Shown: positions 9,865 through 21,492 of the stretch, one piece after another
Position numbering within the stretch: the stretch's first letter is position 1
Layout of the letters: every line of letters begins with the position of its first letter
NCBI GenBank assembly: GCA_963793305.1
Contig: CAWBZV010000004.1
Coordinates: 96,001 to 160,000 of the forward strand
Origin: an uncultured Gemmatimonadales bacterium
GTDB taxonomy: Bacteria; Gemmatimonadota; Gemmatimonadetes; Gemmatimonadales; Gemmatimonadaceae
DNA: 64,000 nt
Reading direction: 5' to 3'
Translations under genes and position numbers: made by a program
Notes under the pieces: model-generated
Told to the model about the DNA's origin: nothing
The model's database searches: none
Seen by the model: the letters and a program-made list of their open reading frames with translations, nothing else

Positions 9865-11356
9865 TTACGTTCTCACGCAGTTGCGTCCGTCAGCCTTGGC
9901 ACGATATAACGCGGCGTCGGCCTGAGCAAAAAGATCCTCGGCCGTATCCACCCTGACGGAGGGAAAAGTTGCGACGCCGATGCTCGCCGTCAAACGGAGC
10001 CCGCCACTGGACCCTTCCGCGCCGATCACGGCAAACGGTTGGCCCTCGACCCGTTCTCTGATGCGTTCCGCAAATGCGACAGCACCGGCCTCGGCCGTCT
10101 CTGGGAGGACGACGACGAACTCCTCCCCTCCGTATCGGGCCACCACGTCGACACTTCTCACCGCATGTTGCAGTAAGAGTGCAACCTCCCTCAGCGCGTC
10201 ATCACCGGTCAGGTGACCATAGGTATCGTTGATTCGCTTGAAGTGATCGAGATCGATCATGAGCAGCGTCACCACCGAGTTATACCGCCGCGCGCGGTCA
10301 AGCTCCGACGTCAATCGCAGGGTCAACGCCCGTCTGTTCAATACCTGCGTCAGCGGATCAGTGTGTGCCAAGGCCTCGAGTCGGGCATTGTCGGCCTTGG
10401 TCATCTCGATGACCTGGGCCCGTTGGATCGTCGCCACCGCCGCCTTGATGACGGTGTCCGCAAACTCGACATCTTCGGCCGTCAACGGTGGCTCTTCGCC
10501 CGTACGACGTAAGAAAAACACACCCGCTTGCGTCCGATCGAGACTGAAAGGCAGCGCAATCACTGATCGGATCGAGACCCGGGTACCCTCTTCGATCCAC
10601 GACCGCCGGATGTCTTCGTAGACAGGGCTCGTCGACAGATCCTCGATCAAAATCGGCCGCCCGCTATCGAGGGCGGCGCGGATTTCGGGGTAACGCGCGA
10701 GCTCGATCTCCAAATTGCGCAGCGCCGGATTCTCATACGCCGTAGCAACTATTCCCAGTCGATCTCCTGGCCTGGCCAAGATGACGGAGCAGTGGGAAAG
10801 GCTCAGTGCGCGTGCCACGCGACGAGCCAGGATGTGATAGATCTCGTCGGACGAGAGATCCCCGGTGACCTCGTGGAGGATGTCGACGAGCTTGCGGCGG
10901 CTCTCGGCCTCTTCTCTCGCTCTTCGTAACTCTTGTTCGGTGGTCCGCAGCGCCTCATGCGCCGAGCGCAACGCGGCACGAATGCGGAGTTGCGCTTGGA
11001 TTCGCGCGAGTAGCTCGCGAACACGAAATGGCTTGCGGACGAAGTCCGCGGCCCCGAGGCCCAGAGTCCGAACGGCAGCTTCCTCGGGAGGCAAAGCCGA
11101 AACCATCAGAACGGGCAGATCCCGCCACCGCTCGTCTGACTTGATGCGCTCGAGCGTCTGATAGTTATCGGCGCCTGGCAACGAGAACGTTGAGCAGCAG
11201 CAAATCGGGCGGCAGGTCGTGCTCCAGCCGCTCGAACAGGGCCTGGCCGCCGTGGGCGGCGCTGACATCGTAGCCCTGCTCCTTGAGCACCCAAGCCATA
11301 GTCTGCAGCACCGCTGGATCATCGTCGGCGACGAGGATCCGCGTATTCGTCATCAT
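9865..11356 (-). CDS. REC-GAF-GGDEF diguanylate cyclase (frameshift near 11183, probably a sequencing error)
   Basis: ORF 11165-11356 (ILVADDD) joins ORF 9865-11322 (FVRKPF, GAF, DLDHFKRIND, RSVD...RYGGEEF) when one base is removed. Confidence 0.9.
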
Positions 11357-11476
11357 GAACGACAGCCGCAGAGGCTCACGCGTGCTCTCTCAGGGTCGGG
11401 TGTGCCGCAAGAAGCGACCTCGACTAATACCCCACGAATCTCAATTCGACTAGAGACGTCCGTTTACTGCCGGGCG

Positions 11477-13984
11477 TCACACTGCGTCATCCGGGGCCAC
11501 GGCCGGCGCCTCGTCGGTCTCACCCTCGCCCTCTTCCTCAGGCACCACCCGAGCCACCGCCGTCACGAGATCGCCCTCATCGAGCTGCACGAGCTTGACG
11601 CCCTGGGCAATCCGACCGGTCACACGCACCTGCGCGACGGACGAGCGGATGATCACGCCGTGCTTCGTGATCAGCATGATCTCGTCCTCGGGCAGGACCT
11701 CCATGATCGTGACGACGTCGCCCGTGCGCTCGGTACGGTTGACCGTGATGATCCCCTTGCCGCCGCGCTGCTGCACCCGGTACTCCTCGAGCTTCGAGCA
11801 CTTGCCCATTCCCTTCTCGGTCACCACGAGAATGGTCGCCTCGCGCTTGATGACGACCATGCCAACGACCTCGTCGTCCGTGCTGAGCGCGATGCCTTTG
11901 ACGCCCGTGGTATCCCGACCCATGGCGCGGACATCCGACTCGTGAAACCGAATGGACAACCCATGCCGGGTCGCCAGGATGATATCGTTCGTGCCGCTCG
12001 TGATCTGGACGTTGATCAGCTCGTCGCCCGACTCGACCTTGATGGCCTTGATGCCATTGATCCGCGGATTGGCGTACTCGGACAGTACGGTCTTCTTGAC
12101 GGTGCCGAGCTTCGTACAGAACAACAAGAACGCCTCATCCGAGAACTCGGTGACCGGAAGCAGCGCCGTGATCTTCGTCTCGGGACTGACGTTGATCAGA
12201 TTGACGATGGGCTTCCCCTTGGTGGCCCGGCCGGCTTGAGGGATCTCATGCACTTTGAGGCGGAAGCACCGGCCGTCATCCGTAAAGACGAGGATGTGGT
12301 CGTGCGTCGAGCCGATGAACAAGTGCTCGATGAAATCCAGGTCTTTGAGATCGGCTCCCGACGAGCCTCTCCCGCCACGCCGCTGGCGACGATATGTCGA
12401 GACCGACGTGCGCTTGATATAGCCGGAGTGGGACACGGTGACGACCATGTCTTCCTCGGCGATCAAGTCCTCGATCGTGAACTCCCCCTCGTCGCTCGTG
12501 ATCTCGGAGCGGCGCTCATCCCCGAACTTCTCGGCGACGCTGGTGAGCTCGTCTTTCAGGAGCTTCATGCGCTTCGGGCGCGAGTCCAATAAGGATCGCA
12601 GCTCTTTGATCGTCGCCTGCACTTCTTTCAGCTCCTCTTCGAGCTTCTCGATCTCGAGGCCGGTCAGCTTGGCGAGGCGCATGTTGAGAATGGCCTCGGA
12701 CTGACGCTCGCTCAGCTTGAAGCGCGTTTGCAGCTGCGTGTTGGCCGTGGGCGTGTCTTTGGCCTTGCGAATCAGCTTGATGACCTCGTCGATGTTGTCG
12801 ACGGCGATCTTCAAGCCCTCGAGGATGTGCTCCCGCTCGAGCGCCTTGTCGAGCTCGAACTGCGCCCGGCGCACGATGACCTCGTGCCGGTGCACGAGAT
12901 AGTGATCGAGCATCTCCCTGAGCGCCATGACCTTCGGCACGAGCTGCCGCGTCTGCGGATCGGGCACGAGCGCCAGCATGATCACGCCGAACGTCGCCTG
13001 CATCGTCGTGTGCTTGTACAACTGGTTCAGCACCACGCGTGGAATCACATCGCGGCGCAGCTCCATGACGATGCGGCGGCCCTCCCGCGCCGTCGTCTCA
13101 TCGCGCAGCGCGGTGATGCCATCGAGCTTCTTGTCGTTGACCAGATCTTTGATCTGCTCGACGAGCTTCGCGCCACTCACCTGATACGGGAGCTCCGTCA
13201 CCACGATCTGCGATTTCCCGTTCTCGCGCTCCTCGATGACCGCTCGCGCGCGCATGACAATGCGGCCGCGGCCGGTCTCCTGATAATCCTTGATGCCCTG
13301 CCGGCCGTAGATGTACGCCCCCGTCGGGAAGTCGGGCCCCTTGATGATGCGCCGCAGCTCGGCCGTCGTGAGCTCAGGCGTGTCGATCAACGCCAGACAC
13401 GCGTTGACGACCTCGCGCAGGTTGTGCGGCGGGATGTTCGTCGCCATCCCGACGGCGATACCCGAGGACCCGTTGACGAGGAGATTCGGGAAGCCGGACG
13501 GCAGGACGCGGGGCTCTTGCAGGCGATCATCGAAGTTCGGCGCGAAATCGACCGTATTCTTGTCGATATCCGCCAACATTTCGATGGCCATCGCGGTCAA
13601 ACGCGCTTCGGTGTAGCGATACGCCGCGGCAGAATCGCCGTCCGCGCTGCCGTAGTTCCCTTGTCCGTCGACGAGGGGATAGCGCAGCGAGAAGTCCTGC
13701 ACCATGCGCACGAGTGCGTCGTAGACCGACGAGTCGCCGTGCGGGTGATATTTTCCGAGGACGTCGCCGACGACCGTCGCGGCCTTTTTATACGGGCGAC
13801 CGGGCACCAACCCCAACTCGTTCATCGCAAACAGCACCCGGCGGTGCACAGGCTTGAGACCGTCTCGCACGTCGGGGAGCGCGCGGGAGACGATGACGCT
13901 CATCGAGTAGTTGATGAACGACTCTTTGATCTCGTCGTCGATGAGCCGCGGGAGAATCCGCTCGCGATTGTTCGGTGCTGTCAT
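11477..13984 (-). CDS. gyrA: DNA gyrase subunit A
   Basis: [32 protein letters not shown], GyrA box QRRGGRG and C-terminal pinwheel repeats; ATG at 13984. Confidence 0.98.
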   Translation of the reverse strand: MTAPNNRERILPRLIDDEIKESFINYSMSVIVSRALPDVRDGLKPVHRRVLFAMNELGLVPGRPYKKAATVVGDVLGKYHPHGDSSVYDALVRMVQDFSLRYPLVDGQGNYGSADGDSAAAYRYTEARLTAMAIEMLADIDKNTVDFAPNFDDRLQEPRVLPSGFPNLLVNGSSGIAVGMATNIPPHNLREVVNACLALIDTPELTTAELRRIIKGPDFPTGAYIYGRQGIKDYQETGRGRIVMRARAVIEERENGKSQIVVTELPYQVSGAKLVEQIKDLVNDKKLDGITALRDETTAREGRRIVMELRRDVIPRVVLNQLYKHTTMQATFGVIMLALVPDPQTRQLVPKVMALREMLDHYLVHRHEVIVRRAQFELDKALEREHILEGLKIAVDNIDEVIKLIRKAKDTPTANTQLQTRFKLSERQSEAILNMRLAKLTGLEIEKLEEELKEVQATIKELRSLLDSRPKRMKLLKDELTSVAEKFGDERRSEITSDEGEFTIEDLIAEEDMVVTVSHSGYIKRTSVSTYRRQRRGGRGSSGADLKDLDFIEHLFIGSTHDHILVFTDDGRCFRLKVHEIPQAGRATKGKPIVNLINVSPETKITALLPVTEFSDEAFLLFCTKLGTVKKTVLSEYANPRINGIKAIKVESGDELINVQITSGTNDIILATRHGLSIRFHESDVRAMGRDTTGVKGIALSTDDEVVGMVVIKREATILVVTEKGMGKCSKLEEYRVQQRGGKGIITVNRTERTGDVVTIMEVLPEDEIMLITKHGVIIRSSVAQVRVTGRIAQGVKLVQLDEGDLVTAVARVVPEEEGEGETDEAPAVAPDDAV

Positions 13985-14056
13985 AGCCTCGAAACTTAAG
14001 CTTTGTGACTGCCTCGGCGCAACGCGAAGCCGACGCGGCAAACGCCGGTCAGCCAA

Positions 14057-14860
14057 CTACTTAGCGGGTGGCGCGGCTCCGCCGCGCGTCGAGGCAGAGC
14101 GCTGCTCTGCTCGACTAGTCGGTTGGACAACGCTCGGCTCTGCCGAGCGTTCATTCTCGTGTTCGCGCTCCCCGCGGGACCGCTCGGCGCGATAGCGCTC
14201 GTACCAGGCGCGCGTGATCTCACCCGCCAGATCGCGGTTGCCGAGCCCGAACGCCAGGGCCAGCGCCAAAGCGACCGCGCCGAACAGAATCGCGAACGCG
14301 GTCGTCACGATCTGGGTCGCGACGCCGAGCTCCTGCAGCGCCATGAAGACGGCCAGCATGATCACGCTCGCCCGGGCCACGCGGGCGAGCGTCGGCCCGC
14401 CAGCCCAGCGGCCGACGGAGGCCGAGATCAGCCCGCCGACGAAGGCGCCGAGCACGTTGCCGATCATGATGATCACGATCGCGCCGATGATGCTCGGGAT
14501 GTAGCCGACCAGCTCCGTGAACACGCCGGACAGCGACTCGCCGAGGGCGTCCGCGGCGACGAGCAGCACCGCGAACATCACGAACCAGAATACGAGGTTC
14601 GCGGCCACCCGCGTCGGGTCCATGTGCGAGCCGGTGCGCTCGACCGCCTCCATCACGCCGCCGCGCTCCAGCATCGTGTTGAGGCGGATCCGCCGCAGCA
14701 GGCGCAGGGTCACGCGCTCGATCAGCGCGGCGAGCAGGTACCCGACAAACACGATCACGAGCGCGCCGAGCAGCGGCAGGACATGCCGCGACAGCTCGAT
14801 AAAGCTCACTCGGATCCGATCGAGCATCGGAGCCGCTGTTACGCTGTCTGCCTGGATCAC
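14057..14860 (-). CDS. Mechanosensitive-channel TM-helix repeat (CmpX-like) membrane protein
   Basis: Multiple TM helices; YIPSIIGA and ALALAFGLG motifs. Confidence 0.8.
   Translation of the reverse strand: MIQADSVTAAPMLDRIRVSFIELSRHVLPLLGALVIVFVGYLLAALIERVTLRLLRRIRLNTMLERGGVMEAVERTGSHMDPTRVAANLVFWFVMFAVLLVAADALGESLSGVFTELVGYIPSIIGAIVIIMIGNVLGAFVGGLISASVGRWAGGPTLARVARASVIMLAVFMALQELGVATQIVTTAFAILFGAVALALALAFGLGNRDLAGEITRAWYERYRAERSRGEREHENERSAEPSVVQPTSRAEQRSASTRGGAAPPAK
14071..14151 (-). repeat. AACCGAC(C/T)AG multi-hairpin element, copy B
   Basis: + strand reads GCGCGGC-TCC-GCCGCGC, GTCGA-G-GCAGAGC-GCT-GCTCTGC-TCGAC, TAGTCGGTTGGAC, AACGCTCGGC-TCT-GCCGAGCGTT. Confidence 0.8.
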
Positions 14861-15075
14861 GTTCTCGTTCCGCGCTTTATGTCAAAGATCGCACTGCGGC
14901 GGCACGACGGACAGATGAGCCAGTCGCGAGATCTGGCGTATCCGAGCCCAAACGACCCGCCGCCGAGGCGTTTGCGTCGCATGGCGCCGTTGCAGCGGGG
15001 ACAGACCGGATCCTGTCCGGCCGACAGCGCGGCGCGCATGGTGCGCAACTCGGCGACGGTGTACTGATCGGTCAC
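14857..15075 (-). CDS. Small CxxC...CxxC zinc-ribbon protein (72 aa)
   Basis: GTG start overlaps the upstream TGA and its stop overlaps the downstream GTG; CPRC...CPSC. Confidence 0.7.
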   Translation of the reverse strand: MTDQYTVAELRTMRAALSAGQDPVCPRCNGAMRRKRLGGGSFGLGYARSRDWLICPSCRRSAIFDIKRGTRT

Positions 15076-16112
15076 GGTGCTATCCGGAGCACAATCTTCC
15101 CGAATTGCTCGGCGGCCGCCATTCGCTCGTACGCGGCCCGCCCCTCCTCCAGGGGATACACCGCATCGATCGGCGGCAAAAGCCGTCCCTGCGCCAACTC
15201 CTCGGCGACACGGTCGAACTCGCGGTCGTTCCCCATGGTCGCGCCATAAATTTTCCATTGGTACCAGAACAATCGCCGGACGTCGATCTGTACCATCGGC
15301 CCCGACGTGGCGCCACACGTCACGAGCCGCCCACCGCGGCCGAGCGCGAGGAGCGATTTCTGCCAGGTCGCCTCACCGACGCTGTCGAGGACGACATCGA
15401 CGCCACGCTTATTCGTCCGTGTACGGACCTCGCGAGCAACGTCCGTCGTATGGTGATTGAACCCCTCATGGGCGCCGAGGGCCCGGGCGCGGGCGAGCTT
15501 CGCGTCGCTGCCCGACGTGACCCACACGCGGGCGCCGCGAGCCAGCGCGATCATCATGGCCTGAAGCGCGACGCCGCCGCCAATGCCCCAGATCAGCACC
15601 GTGTCGCCGGCCTGCACCTGAGCTTTCGTCACCATGAGGCGCCAGGCAGTCAGCGTCGCCAGCGGGAACGCCGCGGCGACGTCCATTGGGAAGTGTTTGG
15701 GGATGCGGCGCACGTTGAAGTGCGGCACCACGATCTCCTCGGCGAACGTCCCGGGCAGTTGCTCGCCGAGCACGCCGAATTTCACGCACTCGGACTGTTC
15801 GCCAGCACGGCAGTACTCGCACGTGCGATCACTGATGCCGGCGTTGACGATCACATGATCCCCGACCGCGACCGAGTCGACAGCCGCGCCAACCTCGGCG
15901 ATCACGCCGGCGGCGTCGCAGCCGAGGATCCACGGCGGGACGATGTGGACGTTCGGCAGACCGCCGACCACGAACAGATCCAGGTGATTGAGCGCACCGG
16001 CGTAGACGCGGATGCGGACGTCGGTTGGAGCGGTCAGCGCCGGAGAGGGCAAGTCGGTGCGGTACTGAAGCTGATCGAGCCCTCCATGCGCGGAGATCGT
16101 GAGTCCTCGCAC
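15072..16112 (-). CDS. Zinc-binding alcohol dehydrogenase / quinone oxidoreductase (MDR family)
   Basis: ALNHLD, GCDAAG, CEYC..C, GIGGGV and FGKIVL motifs. Confidence 0.9.
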   Translation of the reverse strand: MRGLTISAHGGLDQLQYRTDLPSPALTAPTDVRIRVYAGALNHLDLFVVGGLPNVHIVPPWILGCDAAGVIAEVGAAVDSVAVGDHVIVNAGISDRTCEYCRAGEQSECVKFGVLGEQLPGTFAEEIVVPHFNVRRIPKHFPMDVAAAFPLATLTAWRLMVTKAQVQAGDTVLIWGIGGGVALQAMMIALARGARVWVTSGSDAKLARARALGAHEGFNHHTTDVAREVRTRTNKRGVDVVLDSVGEATWQKSLLALGRGGRLVTCGATSGPMVQIDVRRLFWYQWKIYGATMGNDREFDRVAEELAQGRLLPPIDAVYPLEEGRAAYERMAAAEQFGKIVLRIAP

Positions 16113-16161
16113 CCTGATACTCGTCGGTTATATTTTCAGGCGAAAGCTAGGGGGGAACGCG

Positions 16162-17376
16162 ATGATTGCCATAAAGGTTCCGCCGCTCGGTGAGTCTACG
16201 CCCGAGGCGACTGTGTCCCGGTGGATGAAGCAACCGGGTGACGCGGTGGCCGCGGGAGAGACTGTCGTCGAGCTCGAGACCGACAAGGTGACGGTGGAAG
16301 TGCCCGCCATCCGCGCGGGCGTTGTCGTCTCGCAGTCGCACAAGGAGGGGGACATCGTCAAAGTCGACGAGATCCTCGGCGAGATGGACGATGAGGCGGT
16401 CCCCGCGACGGTCGCGGCTGCCCCGGCTACCCTCGGCGCGACGACACTGGGTGCAGCGCCGGCAGCGCCGGCTGCGCCGGCGATCGCGAGACCCGCACCG
16501 GCGCCCCCTGCGAGCGTGCGCGCGGCACCCTCGGCCCAGCGAGCCGCCGCCGAGCGCGGCATCGATCTCGCGACCGTGAAGGGGACCGGCCGTGGCGGCG
16601 TGGTCAGCAAGCCCGACGTGCTTGAGCAGAAGCCGTCAAAGCCGACAGCGCCTGTGGCGCCCGTGGTGCCGGCGAACGGGGCGCGCGAGACGCGCGAGAA
16701 GATGTCGACGCGTCGAAAGCGGATCGCCGAGAACCTGCTGTTGTCGCAACAGTCGACCGCGCACCTGACGACGTTCAACGAAGTCGACATGTCCGTGCTC
16801 AGTGCCTTGCGCGATCGACAGCGCGACAAGGTCGAGAAAGAATTCGGGGTCCGGCTGACGTACATGCCGTTCTTCGCCAAAGCCGCCTGTCTGGCGTTGA
16901 AACAATACCCCGTGGTGAATGCCCAGATCGACGACGACTCGATCGTCTACAAGCACTACGTGCACTTGGGGATCGCCGTCGCGTCCGATCAGGGCTTAGT
17001 GGTTCCGGTCATCAAGGACGCCGACTCGAAAGGCATTATCGATGTAAGCCGCGAGATCACGGCGGTGGCTGGGCGGGCGCGCGACGGGAAGCTCACGCTG
17101 GATGATCTGGCGGGCGGCACGTTCACGATCACGAACGGTGGGGTGTTCGGCTCGCTCGTCTCGACGCCGATCCTCAACTATCCCCAGTCCGGGATTCTCG
17201 GACTGCACAAGATTCAGGACCGTCCGATCGCGCTCAACGGCCAGGTCGTCATTCGCCCGATGATGTACATCGCGCTCTCCTACGACCATCGTCTGGTCGA
17301 CGGCCAACAAGCCGTGCTCTTCCTGGTCCGGATCAAGGAGCTGATCGAGGACCCCGCGAGCATGCTCATTGACTGA
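16162..17376 (+). CDS. sucB: 2-oxoglutarate dehydrogenase E2, dihydrolipoamide succinyltransferase
   Basis: Lipoyl motif ETDKVT, E3-binding [15 protein letters not shown] and YDHRLVDG. Confidence 0.92.
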   Translation: MIAIKVPPLGESTPEATVSRWMKQPGDAVAAGETVVELETDKVTVEVPAIRAGVVVSQSHKEGDIVKVDEILGEMDDEAVPATVAAAPATLGATTLGAAPAAPAAPAIARPAPAPPASVRAAPSAQRAAAERGIDLATVKGTGRGGVVSKPDVLEQKPSKPTAPVAPVVPANGARETREKMSTRRKRIAENLLLSQQSTAHLTTFNEVDMSVLSALRDRQRDKVEKEFGVRLTYMPFFAKAACLALKQYPVVNAQIDDDSIVYKHYVHLGIAVASDQGLVVPVIKDADSKGIIDVSREITAVAGRARDGKLTLDDLAGGTFTITNGGVFGSLVSTPILNYPQSGILGLHKIQDRPIALNGQVVIRPMMYIALSYDHRLVDGQQAVLFLVRIKELIEDPASMLID

Positions 17377-18763
17377 CGTTGTCATCATCGGGGGTGGCCC
17401 GGGCGGGTACGTCGCAGCACTGCGGGCCGCACAGCTAGGCCTTGAGGTCGTCTGCGTCGAGCAAGACAAAACGCTCGGCGGCACCTGCGTCAATGTTGGC
17501 TGCATCCCGTCAAAGGCGCTGCTCACGAGCTCCGAGCACTTCGAGTTTACGAAGCTGCACGCGGCCGAGCACGGGGTGCAAGCGGGCATTGTCACGCTCG
17601 ATCTGCCTCAGATGCTGCGCCGGAAGGATGACGTGGTCTCCCAAAACACAAAGGGGATCGAGTTTCTCTTCCGCAAGAACAAGATCACATGGGCAAAGGG
17701 CCGCGGCGTGCTTCGCGCGGGCAATCAGGTCGACGTCGCGGCCTCCGACGGCACCGTTACGTCGTACCAGGCAAAAGACGTGATCATCGCTACGGGATCC
17801 GTCGCGATAGAGCTGCCGTTCCTAAAGTTCGATGAGCAGCAGGTACTCTCGAACGTCGGCGCGCTCACCATCCCCCGGGTGCCGGAGCACTTGGTCGTGA
17901 TTGGTGGCGGAGTCATTGGGTTGGAATTGGGATCCGTGTGGCGCAGGCTGGGAGCCAGAGTGACGGTGCTCGAGCTCATGCCGAGCATTCTCCCGGAGTT
18001 CGACGCCGATATCATTCGGGAAGCCGAGAAGATCTTCAAGAAGCAGGGCCTGACGCTCCGGACCGGAGTCCGTGTCACGGGGGCACACCGGCTCGAGTCG
18101 AGCGTCGTGCTGGAGATCGACACTGGCAGCGCGACCGAACAGGTCGAGGGCGACTACGTGTTGGTCTCGGTCGGACGCCGGCCGATCCTCACGGGGATCG
18201 ACGCCGCCGCGCTCGGCCTCGACCTCGGCACGCGCGGCGAGATTCTCGTCGACGAGCAGATGCGCACGAATCTGCCGCACGTCTACGCCATCGGCGACGC
18301 CGTCGGCGGAAAATTGCTCGCGCACAAGGCGATGGAAGAGGGCGTGGTCGCCGCCGATACGATCGCTGGCCGCGCGGCGCGCATGCGCTATCACTCGGTG
18401 CCGAACGTCGTCTACACGTGGCCGGAGATCGCGTCGGTCGGCTGGGCCGAGCACGAGGTCCAGGCGTCCGGGCGACCGTTCAAGGTCGGCCGGTATCCCT
18501 ATTCGGCCAATCCTCGCGCGCGGACCATGGGCGAGAGCGGCGGCGGGTTCGTGAAGTTCATCGCCGACGCCGAGACCGACGAGATTTTGGGCGCGCACCT
18601 CATCGGGCCGAACGCCTCGGAGTTGGTCGCCGAGATCGTCCTGGGCGTCGAGTATCGGGCGACGGCCGAGGATATCGGGACCATGATACACGCGCATCCG
18701 ACGCTGGCTGAGGCCACCAAAGAGGCCGCGTTGGCCGTACACGGCGAGGCCCTGCACATCTGA
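17369..18763 (+). CDS. lpdA: Dihydrolipoyl dehydrogenase
   Basis: [19 protein letters not shown] and [11 protein letters not shown] start overlaps sucB. Confidence 0.97.
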   Translation: MTDVVIIGGGPGGYVAALRAAQLGLEVVCVEQDKTLGGTCVNVGCIPSKALLTSSEHFEFTKLHAAEHGVQAGIVTLDLPQMLRRKDDVVSQNTKGIEFLFRKNKITWAKGRGVLRAGNQVDVAASDGTVTSYQAKDVIIATGSVAIELPFLKFDEQQVLSNVGALTIPRVPEHLVVIGGGVIGLELGSVWRRLGARVTVLELMPSILPEFDADIIREAEKIFKKQGLTLRTGVRVTGAHRLESSVVLEIDTGSATEQVEGDYVLVSVGRRPILTGIDAAALGLDLGTRGEILVDEQMRTNLPHVYAIGDAVGGKLLAHKAMEEGVVAADTIAGRAARMRYHSVPNVVYTWPEIASVGWAEHEVQASGRPFKVGRYPYSANPRARTMGESGGGFVKFIADAETDEILGAHLIGPNASELVAEIVLGVEYRATAEDIGTMIHAHPTLAEATKEAALAVHGEALHI

Positions 18764-19233
18764 CCAGTATTCGGGCGCTCGGGAGTCATGATGAACGAGC
18801 GGCTCGGGCGCTGTTCACCCAAGCGTTCGGGAACACTCTCTACGCCGCGGCGCCGCGATTTGCGTTAGCTCGCGCGCTCGGCGCCGAGTCTCCGTCCGAG
18901 TCGTCGGGATTGGTCGCTGAGGCCGATGGCCGGCTGGTCGGCGTCGCGGTGTTCGGCCTCGTTGCGGGCGCCGAGGGCGCCGCCAAAATGCACGGCATGG
19001 CGGTGGCGCCCGATGCGCAGCGGCATGGCATCGCCCGCGCGCTGATCGAGGCGTTTGTCGGCGAGCTCCAACGCCGGGGCGCGAGGTTTGTGCTGGTGGA
19101 GTTTCCCGATGCGCCCGAGCTCGCGGGCGGCCGCACGCTGCTGCAGCACGCCAAGTTCGTCGAAGAGTCGCGGATGAAAGACTATTTCCGCGACGGCATC
19201 GCGCTCGTGTTTTTGAGACGCGACCTGGCGTAA
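18760..19233 (+). CDS. GNAT family N-acetyltransferase (probable CTG start overlapping the lpdA stop)
   Basis: The frame is open from CTG at 18760 ([19 protein letters not shown]...) into AVAPDAQRHGIARAL; GAGG upstream. The ORF track begins at 18910. Confidence 0.75.
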   Translation: MTSIRALGSHDERAARALFTQAFGNTLYAAAPRFALARALGAESPSESSGLVAEADGRLVGVAVFGLVAGAEGAAKMHGMAVAPDAQRHGIARALIEAFVGELQRRGARFVLVEFPDAPELAGGRTLLQHAKFVEESRMKDYFRDGIALVFLRRDLA

Positions 19234-19239
19234 AACACA

Positions 19240-19267
19240 TAGGCCCACTCGTCGCCGAGCGGGCCTA
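19240..19267. terminator. Hairpin between convergent genes, possible terminator
   Basis: TAGGCCCACTCG-TCGC-CGAGCGGGCCTA. Confidence 0.4.
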
Positions 19268-19285
19268 CTGTTGCGAAACGATTCG

Positions 19286-19726
19286 CTAGCGGCGAATCGT
19301 CGCGCCGATGGCGGCCCCGAGGGCGAGCAAGCTCGTCGCGGCAGCTGCCACGGCGATCGGGCTCATGGCGATCGGCCGGCTCCACCACGGCGTCGCCGTC
19401 GCGGGCGTCGTCGCCGGCAGCGCGTCCATGATCTTCTGCGTCAGGTCGGCGGGCGTCACCAGGTAGCGCCGCTGCTCGAGATCCCGATCGACCCGCTTCC
19501 AGAACTCGACCTGCCGGGTCGCGTCGGCACCAGATACCGCCGTCTCGGGAAGCTCGCCGTCGAGCCACGCATGCACGAGATCCGACGTGCGCGTGCTGTC
19601 CGTGCCGCCGATCGGGACTTCCCGGTCGGAGACGCGGCGCACCGGCTCGCGCGACGACGGGCGCTTTGCCTCGCCGTTGTTCTCGCGCGACTCGGGGGTT
19701 GGCGCGTTCAGGTCATCATGCATCAC
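19286..19726 (-). CDS. Putative membrane-anchored anti-sigma factor
   Basis: Coupled to the ECF sigma stop; LVHAWLDGEL motif and one C-terminal TM helix. Confidence 0.6.
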   Translation of the reverse strand: MMHDDLNAPTPESRENNGEAKRPSSREPVRRVSDREVPIGGTDSTRTSDLVHAWLDGELPETAVSGADATRQVEFWKRVDRDLEQRRYLVTPADLTQKIMDALPATTPATATPWWSRPIAMSPIAVAAAATSLLALGAAIGATIRR

Positions 19727-20379
19727 GCGTATTTCTCCTCTAAAAGGACCTGGAGCGCCTCTCGAGCGCGATGTACGCGCATCTTGAGTGCTCCGACTGT
19801 AGTTCCGAGCAAATCGGCCATCTCTTCGTACGACCGCCCTTCGACGTGCTTCATCACGAACGCCTCGCGAAGCGACGGGGCCAACGCGGCGAGCGCGCGG
19901 TCGAGATCGCTTCTCAGCTCCGTCCGATCGAGATCCTCGTCGGGGGTCGCGTATCCAGACGGTTGATCGTCCTCATCGTAACTCAAATGGGTCCGCCGAA
20001 TGTTCTTCAGCCAGTCCTTGCACCCATTTGCCACGATTCGAAACACCCAGGCATCGAAGCGTCCCCGCACCTCAGCGAGGTGTTGGTACGCTTTGATGAA
20101 AGACATCTGCAGGATGTCTTCCGCAACATCAGGGCTCCCGGTCATGCCTAACGCGTGCCGATACAGCGGATCGCTGTACCGCCCGATGAGCTGGCTGAAG
20201 GCTTCGCGATGCCCCGCCAGGACCCGGGCGATGATCTGCTGGTCTGCTTCCAACTGATCGGCCTGAGCCGCCGTGACCGTTGTTTTCACGGCGTTACCAT
20301 AACCTGTTTGGCTCGTACCGGATAGCCCCACGGACGTGCCTGCGTCCTTGACTGGTGCTGTCACGCCGTGATGACGCAT
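19723..20379 (-). CDS. ECF RNA polymerase sigma factor (start uncertain)
   Basis: AEDILQMSFIKAY, FDAWVFRIVAN and SYEEMA...GALKMRVHRAR. Confidence 0.92.
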   Translation of the reverse strand: MRHHGVTAPVKDAGTSVGLSGTSQTGYGNAVKTTVTAAQADQLEADQQIIARVLAGHREAFSQLIGRYSDPLYRHALGMTGSPDVAEDILQMSFIKAYQHLAEVRGRFDAWVFRIVANGCKDWLKNIRRTHLSYDEDDQPSGYATPDEDLDRTELRSDLDRALAALAPSLREAFVMKHVEGRSYEEMADLLGTTVGALKMRVHRAREALQVLLEEKYA

Positions 20380-20394
20380 TATGCAATACAGAGG

Positions 20395-21483
20395 TCACTT
20401 TCTGATCCGTAAGTAATAGATGAGTTCGGTAACACCCGATGCCCGGTATCGCCGATTCTCTCCATCCTGGTCGGCCCGATATCGTTTGTACAGTTGTTTG
20501 AACTGTCGTACAGGCTCAACAGCCCGTTGACCGAGAATGTCAAGAAACTCGTCATCGGACAGGATTCCTTCAGTGTTGTAGCTCACCAGGACGTGCCGAG
20601 CTCCCGTAGCGCCCAGAAGCTCCTCCAGCGCCCTAGCAGCCCCAGCTTTATTACACCAGAGGCTGGAAGGCGGCCTATCCACGGGAAGCCCTGTCTTTCC
20701 CTTGAGGACGGGCAAAGCCTCGAACCACCCCTTGGCGATGATCTCCGGTATATGGTAGTAGCCAGAGTACTGCCGGGCGTTATAGGGTGGGTCCACGTAG
20801 AGCAGGTCAACGGGTCCCACCTTCCGGGCGACCGTGGTCGCATCATCCCGATGGGCCCTGGATCCCGCAGCACGCGAGACTGGCCTGGCCGGTTGCATCC
20901 GAAATGTCTTCGTCGCATTCGGCTGCCACTTCTTGATGTAGGCGGCGTAGATGCCCGCGGTATTCGCCACCCGATCCGCGGCTTCGATAATCGAGGCCAG
21001 CAAGAGATAGTACGCGTCCTCGCTGACCAACTCGGCCTCTCTCCACCGGTGGAGCGCATGCCGAGCCGCATCGATGCGTCGTGCGTTCTCGTCGGTGAAG
21101 TACATCCGGCCACCGGTGGCCGAGAAATGTTGCGAGATGAATCCGTGCTCGGGCTCCACCCAGGCCGACAAGTACTCGGCGAGCACCGAGAGTCCGTCTC
21201 TCACCACCGGCATGTGCGCGATGGCGCGACGCAGATCGGCATCGCCGGCGGCGGCACGACGCGCATCCGGACCATGGCGGGCGACGACGTACGCGCGCTG
21301 AAACACGTAGGAGTACGTCATGACGTCGCTCGACTCGACGCGCCATCCGGCGGCTTTGAGCGAGCGCGCGACGGATGCGGTTCCCGCGAAGGCATCGTGC
21401 GCTCGACCCGGCGTCACGCCGAGTTGGAGCAAGACATCGCCGAGAAAGGGCAGGAGCTTTGTCTTATTGCCGATATACCGCAC
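20395..21483 (-). CDS. DNA adenine methyltransferase (D12/FokI-like), orphan
   Basis: MRYIGNKTKLL, DAFAGTASV (motif I), YVDPPYN (motif IV) and VSYNTEG. Confidence 0.9.
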   Translation of the reverse strand: MRYIGNKTKLLPFLGDVLLQLGVTPGRAHDAFAGTASVARSLKAAGWRVESSDVMTYSYVFQRAYVVARHGPDARRAAAGDADLRRAIAHMPVVRDGLSVLAEYLSAWVEPEHGFISQHFSATGGRMYFTDENARRIDAARHALHRWREAELVSEDAYYLLLASIIEAADRVANTAGIYAAYIKKWQPNATKTFRMQPARPVSRAAGSRAHRDDATTVARKVGPVDLLYVDPPYNARQYSGYYHIPEIIAKGWFEALPVLKGKTGLPVDRPPSSLWCNKAGAARALEELLGATGARHVLVSYNTEGILSDDEFLDILGQRAVEPVRQFKQLYKRYRADQDGENRRYRASGVTELIYYLRIRK

Positions 21484-21492
21484 GCCGGCAGT

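Noticed and set aside
20395..21483. Complete restriction-modification system
   Set aside because: Neither neighbour resembles an endonuclease.
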